A DNA stretch of 39,903 nt from Ignavibacteriales bacterium (GCA_007280825.1 QYQI01000100.1:1-39903); one strand, 5' to 3'; positions 9,787-19,242 are shown, counted from the first letter of the stretch. The notes: a model not told the origin generated them from the letters alone. Numbers and translations: made by a program.

Positions 9787-11132
9787 ACCAATTTGTTTAC
9801 TTCTTCTTTGAAAACTTTTCCTCTATGTTCATAATTTTTGAACATATCAAAACTTGCACAAGCCGGTGAAAGCAAAACAACGCTACCCGGTTCTGCTTCT
9901 ATCCTCGCTGTTTCTACACAAGCTTTAAGAGATTCTTTTATTTCTGTTAATATTACTGAATTGAAATAATCATAAACTTTCTGTGCAGATGAACCGATAG
10001 CATAAATTTTCTTAACATGCTGTTTAACTAATTCTTTAATTTGATCGTAGTTATTACCTTTATCTTTACCACCGAGTATTAGGTACAAAGGTTTATCAAA
10101 ACTTTTTAGAGCTACGTAAACGGAATCTACATTTGTTGCTTTTGAATCGTTATAATATTCAACACCGTTAAGTTCACGTACAAATTCAATTCTATGCTCT
10201 ACGCTCTTAAATGATGAAAATGCATTTCTAATTTTTTGATTCGGTACATCCAATAACTTTGCTATGATCAGAACAGGAAGTGCATTTGCAATATTATGTT
10301 CGCCCTTGATAAACAAATCGCTGGCAGAGCAGATCTCACTAATTTTTCCGAACCATGAAAAGAAGATCTTGCCTTCTTTATAAAAAGCGCCGGCTGGAAC
10401 TTCGCTTAATAATGAGAAGGCAAGTTTCTGAACTTTTTTGTTCTTCAAATTATTTTTTATGTTTTGATCATCTGCGTTATAAATAAAAAAGTCTTCTTCG
10501 ATTTGATTCTTGGCAATTCTAATTTTTGCAGAAATGTATTCAACAAAAATATTATTGTATCTATCAAGATGATCCGGAGTAATATTTAGTATCATTGAAA
10601 AGCGCGGCTTGAACTGATCTATAAAATCCAATTGGAAACTTGAAGTTTCCAAGGAAACAAATTCATCTTCTCTCACATCAAGTGTGATTTCGGAAAATGC
10701 TTCGCCGATATTTCCCGCTGAATAACATTTTATTCCTGCTTGATTCAAAGTATAATTCATTAAAGCCGTAGTTGTTGTTTTTCCATTCGTGCCGGTTATG
10801 GAAATAATACTGCCTTTACAAAACCATGATGCAAATTCAACTTCACTGACAACTTTTATATTTTTTTTCAGAGCATTAGTCAGTACAATAGAATTAGTCG
10901 GTACGCCGGGACTTGTTACGATTAGAGCGCAATCATAAACTTTCTCTGTGTGAGCGCCGCATTCATAAGCAATTGATTCAGACTTCAAAACAGAAATCGA
11001 ATCAATTAAATCTTTTTCCGGACTGCTATCGCTTACAAACGGAACAGCACCAAGTTTCTTTGCAAGTTTGGCTGCACCTAATCCGCTGCGTACGGCGCCA
11101 ATGATCGATATTTTTTTCCCGCTTATATCCAT
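9783..11132 (-). CDS. murD: UDP-N-acetylmuramoylalanine--D-glutamate ligase
   Basis: Mur ligase P-loop GTNGKTTTTAL and dcw position. There is a 4-nt overlap with ftsW. Confidence 0.93.
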   Translation of the reverse strand: MDISGKKISIIGAVRSGLGAAKLAKKLGAVPFVSDSSPEKDLIDSISVLKSESIAYECGAHTEKVYDCALIVTSPGVPTNSIVLTNALKKNIKVVSEVEFASWFCKGSIISITGTNGKTTTTALMNYTLNQAGIKCYSAGNIGEAFSEITLDVREDEFVSLETSSFQLDFIDQFKPRFSMILNITPDHLDRYNNIFVEYISAKIRIAKNQIEEDFFIYNADDQNIKNNLKNKKVQKLAFSLLSEVPAGAFYKEGKIFFSWFGKISEICSASDLFIKGEHNIANALPVLIIAKLLDVPNQKIRNAFSSFKSVEHRIEFVRELNGVEYYNDSKATNVDSVYVALKSFDKPLYLILGGKDKGNNYDQIKELVKQHVKKIYAIGSSAQKVYDYFNSVILTEIKESLKACVETARIEAEPGSVVLLSPACASFDMFKNYEHRGKVFKEEVNKLV

Positions 11133-12241
11133 TATCTAATTTTGAATGAAGCTAAACTCATTAATGCTAAAATTATTGTGATGATATAAAATCGTATTAC
11201 AATTTTCGGTTCTGCCCAATTCAGTTGTTCAAAGTGATGGTGAATCGGAGCCATCTTAAAAACTCTTCTTCCTTCACCGTATTTTTTCTTTGTGTATTTG
11301 AAATAAAGACGTTGAATGATCACGGATAATGTTTCAATAAAAAATATTCCGCCAAGAATTGGAATTAATAAATCTTTTTTAACAAGAATCATCATTACAC
11401 CAAAAGCACCGCCGAGTGCAAGAGAACCTGTATCACCCATAAAAACTTGAGCCGGATAAAAATTGAACCAAAGAAATCCAAGTCCAGCACCGATCAACGC
11501 TGCAATGAAAACAGTTAATTCTCCACTGCCTGGTAAATAAATTATATTTAGATAATCTGAATAGATAACGTTGCCGGTTACATAAACTATTATTGCGAGC
11601 GCTAGCATTACAATAATTATCGTACCGATAGCAAGTCCGTCAAGTCCGTCTGTTAGATTTACAGCGTTCGAAAGTGCGGTAATAATGAAAACAACCCACG
11701 GTATATATAGATAGGAAAAATCCCAATTCAGATTTTTGAAGAATGGTAAAGTCGTTTGTGTATTGTATTGCGCAAATTCGGGTAAGTAATAAACCGCAAA
11801 TCCAACAACTAGACCAACAAAAATTTGTCCCATTAATTTGTAACGGGCAATTAATCCTTGAGGAACTTTTTTGACTACTTTCAAATAATCATCTAAGAAA
11901 CCAACACCGCCTAAAAACACAGTGCCGAACAAAACCAAAATGATATATATACTTTTAATATCGCTCCACAATAGGACCGGAACAATGACCGATAAGAGAA
12001 TTATTAAACCTCCCATTGTGGGGGTTCCTTGTTTCTTCTTGTGTGTTTGCGGTCCCTCTTCACGAATCGGTTGGTCAATTTGATTTTTCTTTAACCGTCG
12101 GATTATTTTAGGTCCGAAAATAAAAGAGATCAACAATGCTGTAATAGCTGCAACCGCTGAACGAAATGTTAAGAAGCGGAACACATCAAATCCGGGTGGA
12201 TTATAAACTTTATTTATATACTCAAGCAAATAGTAGAACAT
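11132..12241 (-). CDS. mraY: Phospho-N-acetylmuramoyl-pentapeptide transferase
   Basis: Motifs NAVNLTDGLDGLA and MGDTGSLALGG. Polytopic membrane protein. There are 1-nt overlaps at both ends. Confidence 0.96.
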   Translation of the reverse strand: MFYYLLEYINKVYNPPGFDVFRFLTFRSAVAAITALLISFIFGPKIIRRLKKNQIDQPIREEGPQTHKKKQGTPTMGGLIILLSVIVPVLLWSDIKSIYIILVLFGTVFLGGVGFLDDYLKVVKKVPQGLIARYKLMGQIFVGLVVGFAVYYLPEFAQYNTQTTLPFFKNLNWDFSYLYIPWVVFIITALSNAVNLTDGLDGLAIGTIIIVMLALAIIVYVTGNVIYSDYLNIIYLPGSGELTVFIAALIGAGLGFLWFNFYPAQVFMGDTGSLALGGAFGVMMILVKKDLLIPILGGIFFIETLSVIIQRLYFKYTKKKYGEGRRVFKMAPIHHHFEQLNWAEPKIVIRFYIITIILALMSLASFKIR

Positions 12242-13629
12242 TATTCAAACCTTTTCTCCAATGTGTTAACAAATTCTTCCATCTTCATTCCGCGGGAACC
12301 TTTTACAAGAATAACCGAGTTCTCAATTTCTTCGTACTGTAAATAGAGAGACAATGCTTCGCGAATGTGAAAGTGGATTGATTTTACTTTTTTCTTTCTG
12401 AGTGCTTTGTTCAAATGTTTCATCATATTACCGGTAGTAAGAACAAATAAGTTTTTATCCGACGAAAAAAGCTTTGCTAAATCTTTATGTAATTTTTCAG
12501 ATTGTTTACCGAGTTCTAACATATCTCCGAGTACGATTATTTTCCTTTTATGTGTTTTAATCTTTTTAATTAGATCTACTGCCGATTCTACCGAAGCTGG
12601 GCTTGAATTATAAGTGTCATCAATAACAACAGCATCTTTAAATTTCTTTACTTCTAATCTTCCATGAACCGGTTTAATATTTTTTGTTCCGTTGATAATT
12701 TCGTTACCTGTCAATCCAAGTTTTAGCACCACAGCAGAAGCCGCTAAAAAATTCTTTGCATTCGATTCACCATAAACTGGAAGAATGGTTTCAATTTTTT
12801 TTCCTTTGTATGAAATTTTAATTTTTGTTCTGCCGTCATTTGTATAATCTAAAATCTTCCCTTTTACATTTACAGAACCATTAAATCCATAGGTAATTTT
12901 ATTCCAATAATTTTTTGAATGTTTTCTAATGATCGGATCATCCATATTCAAGAAAACCGTGCCGCCATGCATCTCGGTAATATCAAGCAGAGCAGATTTT
13001 TCTTTATAAACTCCTTCTCTATTCTTGAAATATTCTAAATGTGTATCGCCGATATTTGTAATCAATGCATAATCCGGTCTGGAAATATTTGCCGAATATT
13101 CAATCTCATTAAAATGATTTGTGCCTTGTTCGAGAACCAACGCTTCACACTTTTCATCAGTTCCTAAAATTGTTAACGGAACGCCGATATGATTGTTATT
13201 GTTCGCCGCTGTTTTAACAACATTATATTTTTCACTAAGTAGAGAAGCCATCATTTCTTTAACCGTTGTTTTACCATTACTTCCTGTGATTGAAATAACC
13301 TTTGCCGAAATTTTGTTGCGCCAAATTTTTGCAAGCTCGCCATATACTCTTGTCGTGTTATTAACAGCGACAACGGGAATTTCGAGGAAGCTAAATTTCT
13401 TCAACTTCCTCGAATCAATAATTACTGCATTAGCCCCTTTCTTAAGAGCATCGAGAATAAAATCGTGTCCGTCATATTTTTCACCTTTGATAGCAACGAA
13501 CAAACTTCCTTTTTTTACTCTGCGCGAATCAATCTCAACATTCGAAACCGGTTTGAATGCATCGGGATTGTAAATCACCGCAGATGAAATATTAAATAAA
13601 TCCTCGATCGTAATTTTTATCTTGCCCAT
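12241..13629 (-). CDS. murF: UDP-MurNAc-tripeptide--D-Ala-D-Ala ligase
   Basis: P-loop ITGSNGKTTVKEM with Mur ligase middle and C-terminal domains. Located between murE and mraY. Confidence 0.9.
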   Translation of the reverse strand: MGKIKITIEDLFNISSAVIYNPDAFKPVSNVEIDSRRVKKGSLFVAIKGEKYDGHDFILDALKKGANAVIIDSRKLKKFSFLEIPVVAVNNTTRVYGELAKIWRNKISAKVISITGSNGKTTVKEMMASLLSEKYNVVKTAANNNNHIGVPLTILGTDEKCEALVLEQGTNHFNEIEYSANISRPDYALITNIGDTHLEYFKNREGVYKEKSALLDITEMHGGTVFLNMDDPIIRKHSKNYWNKITYGFNGSVNVKGKILDYTNDGRTKIKISYKGKKIETILPVYGESNAKNFLAASAVVLKLGLTGNEIINGTKNIKPVHGRLEVKKFKDAVVIDDTYNSSPASVESAVDLIKKIKTHKRKIIVLGDMLELGKQSEKLHKDLAKLFSSDKNLFVLTTGNMMKHLNKALRKKKVKSIHFHIREALSLYLQYEEIENSVILVKGSRGMKMEEFVNTLEKRFE

Positions 13630-15095
13630 TCAGTCAAATATTTTTGTGCAAGTTCTTTATCAGAAAAGTGTTTTCTAACACCGTTAATTTCTTGATAACT
13701 CTCATGCCCTTTACCTGCAACGAGAATAATTGCATTGTCTTCGCTTTCAAAAATTGCAGAATGAATTGCTTCTTCTCTGTTCTCTATAACTCGATAGTTA
13801 TTTGATTTGATACCTTTTAAAATTTCATCAATGATAAAAAATGGATCTTCAGTTCTCGGATTATCCGATGTTATATAAATTTGATCGCTCATAGAAGCGG
13901 CGATATTACCCATGATGGGACGTTTTGTTCTATCGCGGTCTCCGCCGCAACCGAACACAGTGTAAACAGGTCTCTCTTCTTTAACAATATACCGAACAGC
14001 TGTAAGAGCCTGCATGAGTGAATCGGATGTGTGTGAATAATCAACAATAACTTTTTTATTTTTCTTTGAGATAATTTCAAATCTTCCGGGTACCTGCGGA
14101 GTATTTTTAATTCCATCAATTGCAATTTGATAATCTATTCCGCTTACAACTGCAGTCTCAAAAGCAGATGCTGCATTGAAAGCATTAAAATGTCCGATCA
14201 AACTTGTTGACAAATGATAATCTTTTCCTTTCCAGCTCAAATCAAAATTTGTTCCTTCAAGTGAGTACTTAATATTCTTAACTCTGCACAATGCTTTTTC
14301 ACTTATTCCATAAGAATATTTTTGCGCTGATGAATCTTTTATCAACTTGCTGGAGCTGTTATCATCAATGTTATAAATAATTTTTCCGGTAGAAGAAATC
14401 ATATCAAATAAAATCTTCTTCGATTCAAGATAGTGTTCAAAAGTTTTGTGATAATCCATATGGTCGGATGTGATGTTTGTAAAAATTCCGACACCAAATT
14501 TCAAGTAATCTACTCTGTTCAATCTAAGGGCATGAGAAGAAACTTCCATTACACATTGCGAACAGTTTTCATTCACCATTTGCGCTAATAAGGAATTGAT
14601 CTCATGTGATTGTGGAGTTGTAAGCAATGTCTTCACTTCGTTCTTGCCGATATAATTTGCAATGGTTCCGATTAATCCAGTTTTAAATCCGGCTTGTTCA
14701 AAAATATTCTTTACAAAAAATGCTGTTGTGGTTTTTCCTTTTGTACCGGTGATACCGATTAGGTTTAATTTCTTTGAAGGTTCTCCGTAAAAAACATTTG
14801 AGAACTCAGCGAGTGATTTTCTACTGTCTTTAACAACAATCTTAATGCATCCTGAGTGAGAAAATATTTGATCCGGAATAGCTTTCGGATTTTGTAATAC
14901 AATAGCAGCAACACCTTTATTAATTACATCGTTAATAAAATTATGTCCGTCAGTTTTGAATCCTTCAATAGCAAAAAAGAGCGAGTTGTTAGATGAAGTG
15001 CGTGAATCAATTGTTATTTCGGTGATCTCTTTCAGTTCGGCATTGCCAGCAACTTGAATAGTTTTCACCTTATTTAACAAGTCAGAAAGCTTCAT
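13617..15095 (-). CDS. murE: UDP-MurNAc-L-Ala-D-Glu--diamino acid ligase
   Basis: P-loop GITGTKGKTTTA and the DNPR motif (SDNPRTEDP). There is a 13-nt overlap with murF. Confidence 0.93.
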   Translation of the reverse strand: MKLSDLLNKVKTIQVAGNAELKEITEITIDSRTSSNNSLFFAIEGFKTDGHNFINDVINKGVAAIVLQNPKAIPDQIFSHSGCIKIVVKDSRKSLAEFSNVFYGEPSKKLNLIGITGTKGKTTTAFFVKNIFEQAGFKTGLIGTIANYIGKNEVKTLLTTPQSHEINSLLAQMVNENCSQCVMEVSSHALRLNRVDYLKFGVGIFTNITSDHMDYHKTFEHYLESKKILFDMISSTGKIIYNIDDNSSSKLIKDSSAQKYSYGISEKALCRVKNIKYSLEGTNFDLSWKGKDYHLSTSLIGHFNAFNAASAFETAVVSGIDYQIAIDGIKNTPQVPGRFEIISKKNKKVIVDYSHTSDSLMQALTAVRYIVKEERPVYTVFGCGGDRDRTKRPIMGNIAASMSDQIYITSDNPRTEDPFFIIDEILKGIKSNNYRVIENREEAIHSAIFESEDNAIILVAGKGHESYQEINGVRKHFSDKELAQKYLTEWAR

Positions 15096-17117
15096 TCAGT
15101 TAGTACTCGCAGTTACTTTTTTAATTAATGGTTCACATTTAAGAAGACAGACAGTACCTGGAATTATATTCGATCCCGGTTCGAGATTTTGCCAAACAAC
15201 TTTGCCCGTTCCAATTACTTTATACTGCATTCCTATTTCATTTAACCGTGCAATTGCATCTCTCATTGATTGATTAATAAGATTAGGCATGGTTGTTGGG
15301 TTCTCATTATAAATTTTTCTTGTGGAAATATTTGTTAATGATTTATCGCCAACATTTAAAAACGAAACTGATTTTGTTTTAGGTGCCGTTTTGATATCGG
15401 CAACAAGTTGATCTATTAAATTTTGTTTTCTTTCAATTTTCTTTTTGTTTGGAACTAAACTCAGATTTGTTTCGATCATTCTTTTTGCAACCTCGCGGAA
15501 AATCGGTGCTGCAACTAAACCGCCGTATTGCCCGACTTGTGGAGCGTTGATCAGAATAAAACAAATCACTTTAGGATCATCTGCCGGGAAATATCCTATG
15601 AAGGATGAATTGTGCTGACTACTTGAATATGATTTATTCACAAGCTGTTGCGACGTTCCGGTCTTACCGCCGACAAGAACATCGGGCAGTTGGGCCTCTA
15701 TACCGGTTCCATGCTCTACAACTCCAACCATAAAATCTTTTATTAAATCCGAAGTGGATTTTTCGATAACAGTTCTAATTTTTTTTGTTTGATTTTCTAA
15801 TATGATCTTACCGTTTTGATCTGTAATTGATTTTAAGATGAACGGTTGTAATAATGTTCCGCCGTTAACAATTGCACTATAGGCAGCAATCATTTGAAGC
15901 GGTGTAACAGCTATTTCATAACCAAATGAAACAAATGGTTTTGTCAGAGCAGAAAAACTTCCCGGTTTTTTTAGAAGACCATTAGCTTCACTAGGAAGAT
16001 CAACAGAAGTTGCATTACTAAATCCGAAATCGCGTAAATATTTATAAAGAGTTTCATCATCAATTCTTTCTGAAAGTTTTGCCATCCCAACATTACTTGA
16101 TTGTTCCAATACCTGACGAACAGTAAGGTTCTCGTGCTTGTGAGTATCTTCAATTTTTACATTCTTGTAAACGAATGTCCCATTCTCTGTATTAATAATT
16201 TCATTCTCTTTCGCTAATCCACGATCAAATAATATTGACATGATGATTGCTTTAATAGTTGATCCGGGTTCGTATGTGTCAGTTATAGCTCTGTTACGTC
16301 GTGAGTCTGCTGGAAATAATTCATAGTTTGCCGGATCAAAATCCGGTGAGTTTGCTAGCGCAAGAATTTCTCCTGTGTTCGGATTCATAATAATTCCAAC
16401 AGCAGATTGACCATTATATTTTTGCAACCCAGTGGATAATTCCTCTTCTAAAATTTTTTGATATGTTTTATTAATTGTTAAGTTGATGTTATTTCCCGGT
16501 ATTGCTGCTTTAGATATGTTTTCATCTATTGAAAGGATTCTTCCTAACACATCACGTTCGTAAGTGTACATGCCGTCGGTTCCCATCAATTCATTTTCGT
16601 AAACTTTTTCAATTCCTTCTACTCCAACCATATCGCGGTTAACATACCCCAACACATGCGAAGCCAGACTTCCGTACGGATAAATACGGGTAAAGTCTTC
16701 TTCTGAGAAGAGTCCTTCAATAACATTCTTTTTTATTTGGAAAGCTTTATCCATAGAAACTTTCTTTTCCAGACAAACATTTGTAAATCCATCATCAATT
16801 ATTTTTTTATAATATTCTTTCTTATTGGCAAAGACGCGGGAGAAAATGGAAACTACTGAATCAACTCTTTGCGGAGTCATCATTCTTCTATCCACATAAA
16901 ATGAAATATTATCCATAGTGTAACTAAGTACTTCTCCATTCGCATCTTTGATCGTGCCGCGTTCAGCTTTAACGCTTTGCGGTTTATTCTGTTGTCTATC
17001 CGCAATGAGAGTATAATATTCATGTTTGGAAATCTGAATCGTAAATAATTTTACGATCAATAAAACAAAGACCAGCAGAAGTAATCCGGTTATTATTAGT
17101 GCGCGCGAATTAATCAT
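15096..17117 (-). CDS. ftsI: Division transpeptidase FtsI (class B PBP) with a C-terminal PASTA domain
   Basis: Has an N-terminal TM. The transpeptidase motifs are SxxK (GSTIKA), SxN (SSNVG) and KTG (GGKTGTS). The C-terminal tail MPNLINQSMRDAIARLNEIGMQYKVIGTGKVVWQNLEPGSNIIPGTVCLL fits the PASTA pattern. Confidence 0.9.
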   Translation of the reverse strand: MINSRALIITGLLLLVFVLLIVKLFTIQISKHEYYTLIADRQQNKPQSVKAERGTIKDANGEVLSYTMDNISFYVDRRMMTPQRVDSVVSIFSRVFANKKEYYKKIIDDGFTNVCLEKKVSMDKAFQIKKNVIEGLFSEEDFTRIYPYGSLASHVLGYVNRDMVGVEGIEKVYENELMGTDGMYTYERDVLGRILSIDENISKAAIPGNNINLTINKTYQKILEEELSTGLQKYNGQSAVGIIMNPNTGEILALANSPDFDPANYELFPADSRRNRAITDTYEPGSTIKAIIMSILFDRGLAKENEIINTENGTFVYKNVKIEDTHKHENLTVRQVLEQSSNVGMAKLSERIDDETLYKYLRDFGFSNATSVDLPSEANGLLKKPGSFSALTKPFVSFGYEIAVTPLQMIAAYSAIVNGGTLLQPFILKSITDQNGKIILENQTKKIRTVIEKSTSDLIKDFMVGVVEHGTGIEAQLPDVLVGGKTGTSQQLVNKSYSSSQHNSSFIGYFPADDPKVICFILINAPQVGQYGGLVAAPIFREVAKRMIETNLSLVPNKKKIERKQNLIDQLVADIKTAPKTKSVSFLNVGDKSLTNISTRKIYNENPTTMPNLINQSMRDAIARLNEIGMQYKVIGTGKVVWQNLEPGSNIIPGTVCLLKCEPLIKKVTASTN

Positions 17118-17433
17118 ATTTTTGATTTAATAACTTTTCAATTTGTTTTATTTGATCTTTTGAAACGGATATGGTTTCTAAATTATCGCTTGGACGAATG
17201 AGTCCGATCGAATCCTGAGCATAAACAACAATTCTATCTTCGGCTGTCCATTTTTGAATTTCTACCATTTTCCCTTCAACTAAATTGAGTTTTACGTTGA
17301 GAGAATCTTGTTTACTTATTTTTTGTCTATTCATTCTTTTAATTTCTGTTACACTTGCTACGTAAGTAAAAAGTAAAATTGCAACGGCCGTAATTATTTC
17401 TATAAAACTTTTAAGTGATGATCCTTTTTTCAT
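17110..17433 (-). CDS. ftsL: FtsL-like small bitopic division protein
   Basis: 107 aa with one TM (IEIITAVAILLFTYVASV) and a short extracytoplasmic segment. Canonical slot between rsmH and ftsI. The call rests on position rather than sequence identity. Confidence 0.6.
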   Translation of the reverse strand: MKKGSSLKSFIEIITAVAILLFTYVASVTEIKRMNRQKISKQDSLNVKLNLVEGKMVEIQKWTAEDRIVVYAQDSIGLIRPSDNLETISVSKDQIKQIEKLLNQKYD

Positions 17434-18350
17434 TAAACTCTTTCCGCGACACGCATTTTAGCACTGCGAGCTCTACGATTAATATTTATTTCTAACTCAT
17501 TAGGAGTTAGTGCTTTTGTAATCTTTTTTAATCTCTGTTTTTTATCACAAATACAAATCGGCGTTCCGGGCGGACAAATACAATCCAAGCTTTCATATCT
17601 AATTTTTTCTTTAACAATTCTATCTTCAAGAGAATGATATGATAAAACAACTATTCTGCCTCCGGGTTTTAATAGAGTTACCGACTTGTCTAAAAATATT
17701 TTCAATTCATTGAGTTCATCGTTGACAAAAATTCTTAAAGCTTGAAATACTCTTGACAAAGTTTTTGTATGATATCTTTGAGGTGTAATCTGTTCAATTA
17801 TTTTTCTGAGTTGAGATGTGCGGGAAAATTTTTCCGTAGTTCTGAAATTGACAATTTTCTGTGCGATCTTTCTGGCGTTTTTTTCTTCACCGTATTCAAA
17901 TAGAATTTTAGCAATCTCTTCTTGAGAAAATTTATTCAACAGATCTGAGGCAGTAATTCCTTTTTCAATATTCATCCTGAGATCAAGAGCTGCATCTTCT
18001 CTAAAAGTAAATCCGGATTCTACCGAATCCAGTTGATAAGAAGACACTCCCAAGTCCGCTAAGATGCCGTCAAAACCGTCAATGAACTCAATCTTTGATA
18101 TTGAATCAATGTCTGTAAAACTTGTCCGGTAAATTGAAAATCTTTTATCGCTGCTAAATTTTTCTTTACAGTATTCAAAAGCTTTAGAGTCTTTATCTGT
18201 AGCAATTAATTTTCCATCGTCGTTTATTTTTTCTAAAATCTTTTCCGAATGTCCGCCAAATCCCGCTGTGCCATCGAAATAAATTCCATCCTTTTTTGTA
18301 ACTAAATAATCAATGCTTTCTTTCAAAAGCACAGGTACATGAAAACTCAT
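17433..18350 (-). CDS. rsmH: 16S rRNA (cytosine1402-N4)-methyltransferase
   Basis: SAM-binding motif DGTAGFGGHSE and MraW family length. Follows mraZ with a 4-nt overlap. Confidence 0.95.
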   Translation of the reverse strand: MSFHVPVLLKESIDYLVTKKDGIYFDGTAGFGGHSEKILEKINDDGKLIATDKDSKAFEYCKEKFSSDKRFSIYRTSFTDIDSISKIEFIDGFDGILADLGVSSYQLDSVESGFTFREDAALDLRMNIEKGITASDLLNKFSQEEIAKILFEYGEEKNARKIAQKIVNFRTTEKFSRTSQLRKIIEQITPQRYHTKTLSRVFQALRIFVNDELNELKIFLDKSVTLLKPGGRIVVLSYHSLEDRIVKEKIRYESLDCICPPGTPICICDKKQRLKKITKALTPNELEININRRARSAKMRVAERV

Positions 18351-18796
18351 TTCGGTTTTTTCTGCATTATCTGTTTTGCAATTTCAGCAAATGGTTTTGT
18401 GTTCTCTTTTTTCTGAGTTTCGTAAAGTTCAGGGTTCCAAATTTCGATCTTCTTATTTTGTCCAAGGATAAAAACTTCCCGTTCTATCCCGGCGAATTCC
18501 AATAAATTTTTTGGAACTAATAATCTTGATTGAGAATCAAGTTTATATTCGGCAGCTAATTCAAAAAGCATTCTTTTGAAAGCAGATTCTTCTGGATCAA
18601 AATCATCAAGCTGGTTTACCCGGGTTAGTACTTCTTCTTTCCAAAAATCTTGAGGATAGATATCAATACATTGAACGATTCCGCGAGTCATTACAAAAGT
18701 TTCGTTCGCAGATTCATTAACATATTTTTTAAAAATGGAAGGGATACTTATTCTTCCTTTTGCATCAACAGAGTATTTAAAACTACCTATGAACAT
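18347..18796 (-). CDS. mraZ: Transcriptional regulator MraZ
   Basis: Two SpoVT/AbrB-like halves carrying the duplicated DxxxR motifs DAKGRISIP and DSQSRLLVP. First gene of the dcw cluster. Confidence 0.93.
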   Translation of the reverse strand: MFIGSFKYSVDAKGRISIPSIFKKYVNESANETFVMTRGIVQCIDIYPQDFWKEEVLTRVNQLDDFDPEESAFKRMLFELAAEYKLDSQSRLLVPKNLLEFAGIEREVFILGQNKKIEIWNPELYETQKKENTKPFAEIAKQIMQKKPK

Positions 18797-18800
18797 TGCT

Positions 18801-18841
18801 CATCCACCATTTGGGATTATTAAACACTATTACCCACCCAG
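18801..18841 (-). promoter_or_regulatory. Candidate MraZ operator: GTG-core boxes in 10-bp register in the mraZ leader
   Basis: The minus strand reads CTGGGTGGGTAATAGTGTTTAATAATCCCAAATGGTGGATG. GTG cores lie at plus-strand coordinates 18835-37, 18825-27 and 18805-07, spaced 10 and 20 bp apart. A TTGACA sits upstream at 18870-18875. Confidence 0.3.
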
Positions 18842-18989
18842 ATGCAAAATAACTGATTTTAGATGGGATTGTCAAGATTATTTTTGCAAAAAGAAAGAAT
18901 AATGGGAATTGTGCTTTATAGTCAATTTGAGTTTTGAATGTTAGATTTTTAGAATTACGGAAAGGTTAAAGGAGGTTTCTTATGGCTAG

Positions 18990-19062
18990 AGCCACCTGGC
19001 GGAATTGAACCGCCGACCCACGCATTACGAATGCGTTGCTCTACCAGCTGAGCTAAGGTGGC
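18990..19062 (-). tRNA. tRNA-Thr (anticodon CGU); CCA not encoded
   Basis: Reverse complement is GCCACCTTAGCTCAGCTGGTAGAGCAACGCATTCGTAATGCGTGGGTCGGCGGTTCAATTCCGCCAGGTGGCT. The 7-bp acceptor stem is GCCACCT/AGGTGGC. The anticodon stem ACGCA/TGCGT carries loop TTCGTAA. GGTTCAATTCC is the T-arm and AGCTCAGCTGGTAGAGC the D-arm. Confidence 0.9.
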
Positions 19063-19146
19063 TTATTAAGAGAAGATGGACAATGGTTGACGGATGATGG
19101 AAAATAATCTACATTAATCATCATACATCAAACATCATCCATTACT

Positions 19147-19242
19147 TTATCTCAATTTCTTTTTATGACGATTTTTTCTCAAGCGTTTCTTACGCTTATG
19201 GGTTGCCATTTTATGGCGCTTTCTTTTTCTACCGCAAGGCAT
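19147..19242 (-). CDS. Tiny Lys/Arg-rich protein resembling ribosomal protein bS22 (mS38/AURKAIP1-COX24-like)
   Basis: Unlisted in the ORF track. My translation is MPCGRKRKRHKMATHKRKKRLRKNRHKKKLR* (31 aa). An AGGAG lies 7-8 nt upstream of the ATG, overlapping the end of the TPR gene. The core KRKRHKMATHKRKKRLRKNR aligns position for position with the mycobacterial bS22 pattern [20 protein letters not shown], which I am recalling from memory. Confidence 0.6.
   Translation of the reverse strand: MPCGRKRKRHKMATHKRKKRLRKNRHKKKLR

Noticed and set aside
18982-19008. Plus-strand 8-codon ORF (MARATWRN*) preceded by a perfect AAAGGAGG SD
   Set aside because: It is antisense to, and embedded in, the tRNA-Thr gene. 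It is too short to evaluate, and the SD-like string is probably coincidental.
19083-19138. GATGAT-rich segment with GGATGATG/CATCATCC inverted arms between the bS22-like gene and tRNA-Thr
   Set aside because: The 8-bp arms are separated by a ~32-nt loop and have no U-tract. Several alternative pairings are possible because of the simple repeat. I could not assign a function such as terminator, promoter or processing site.
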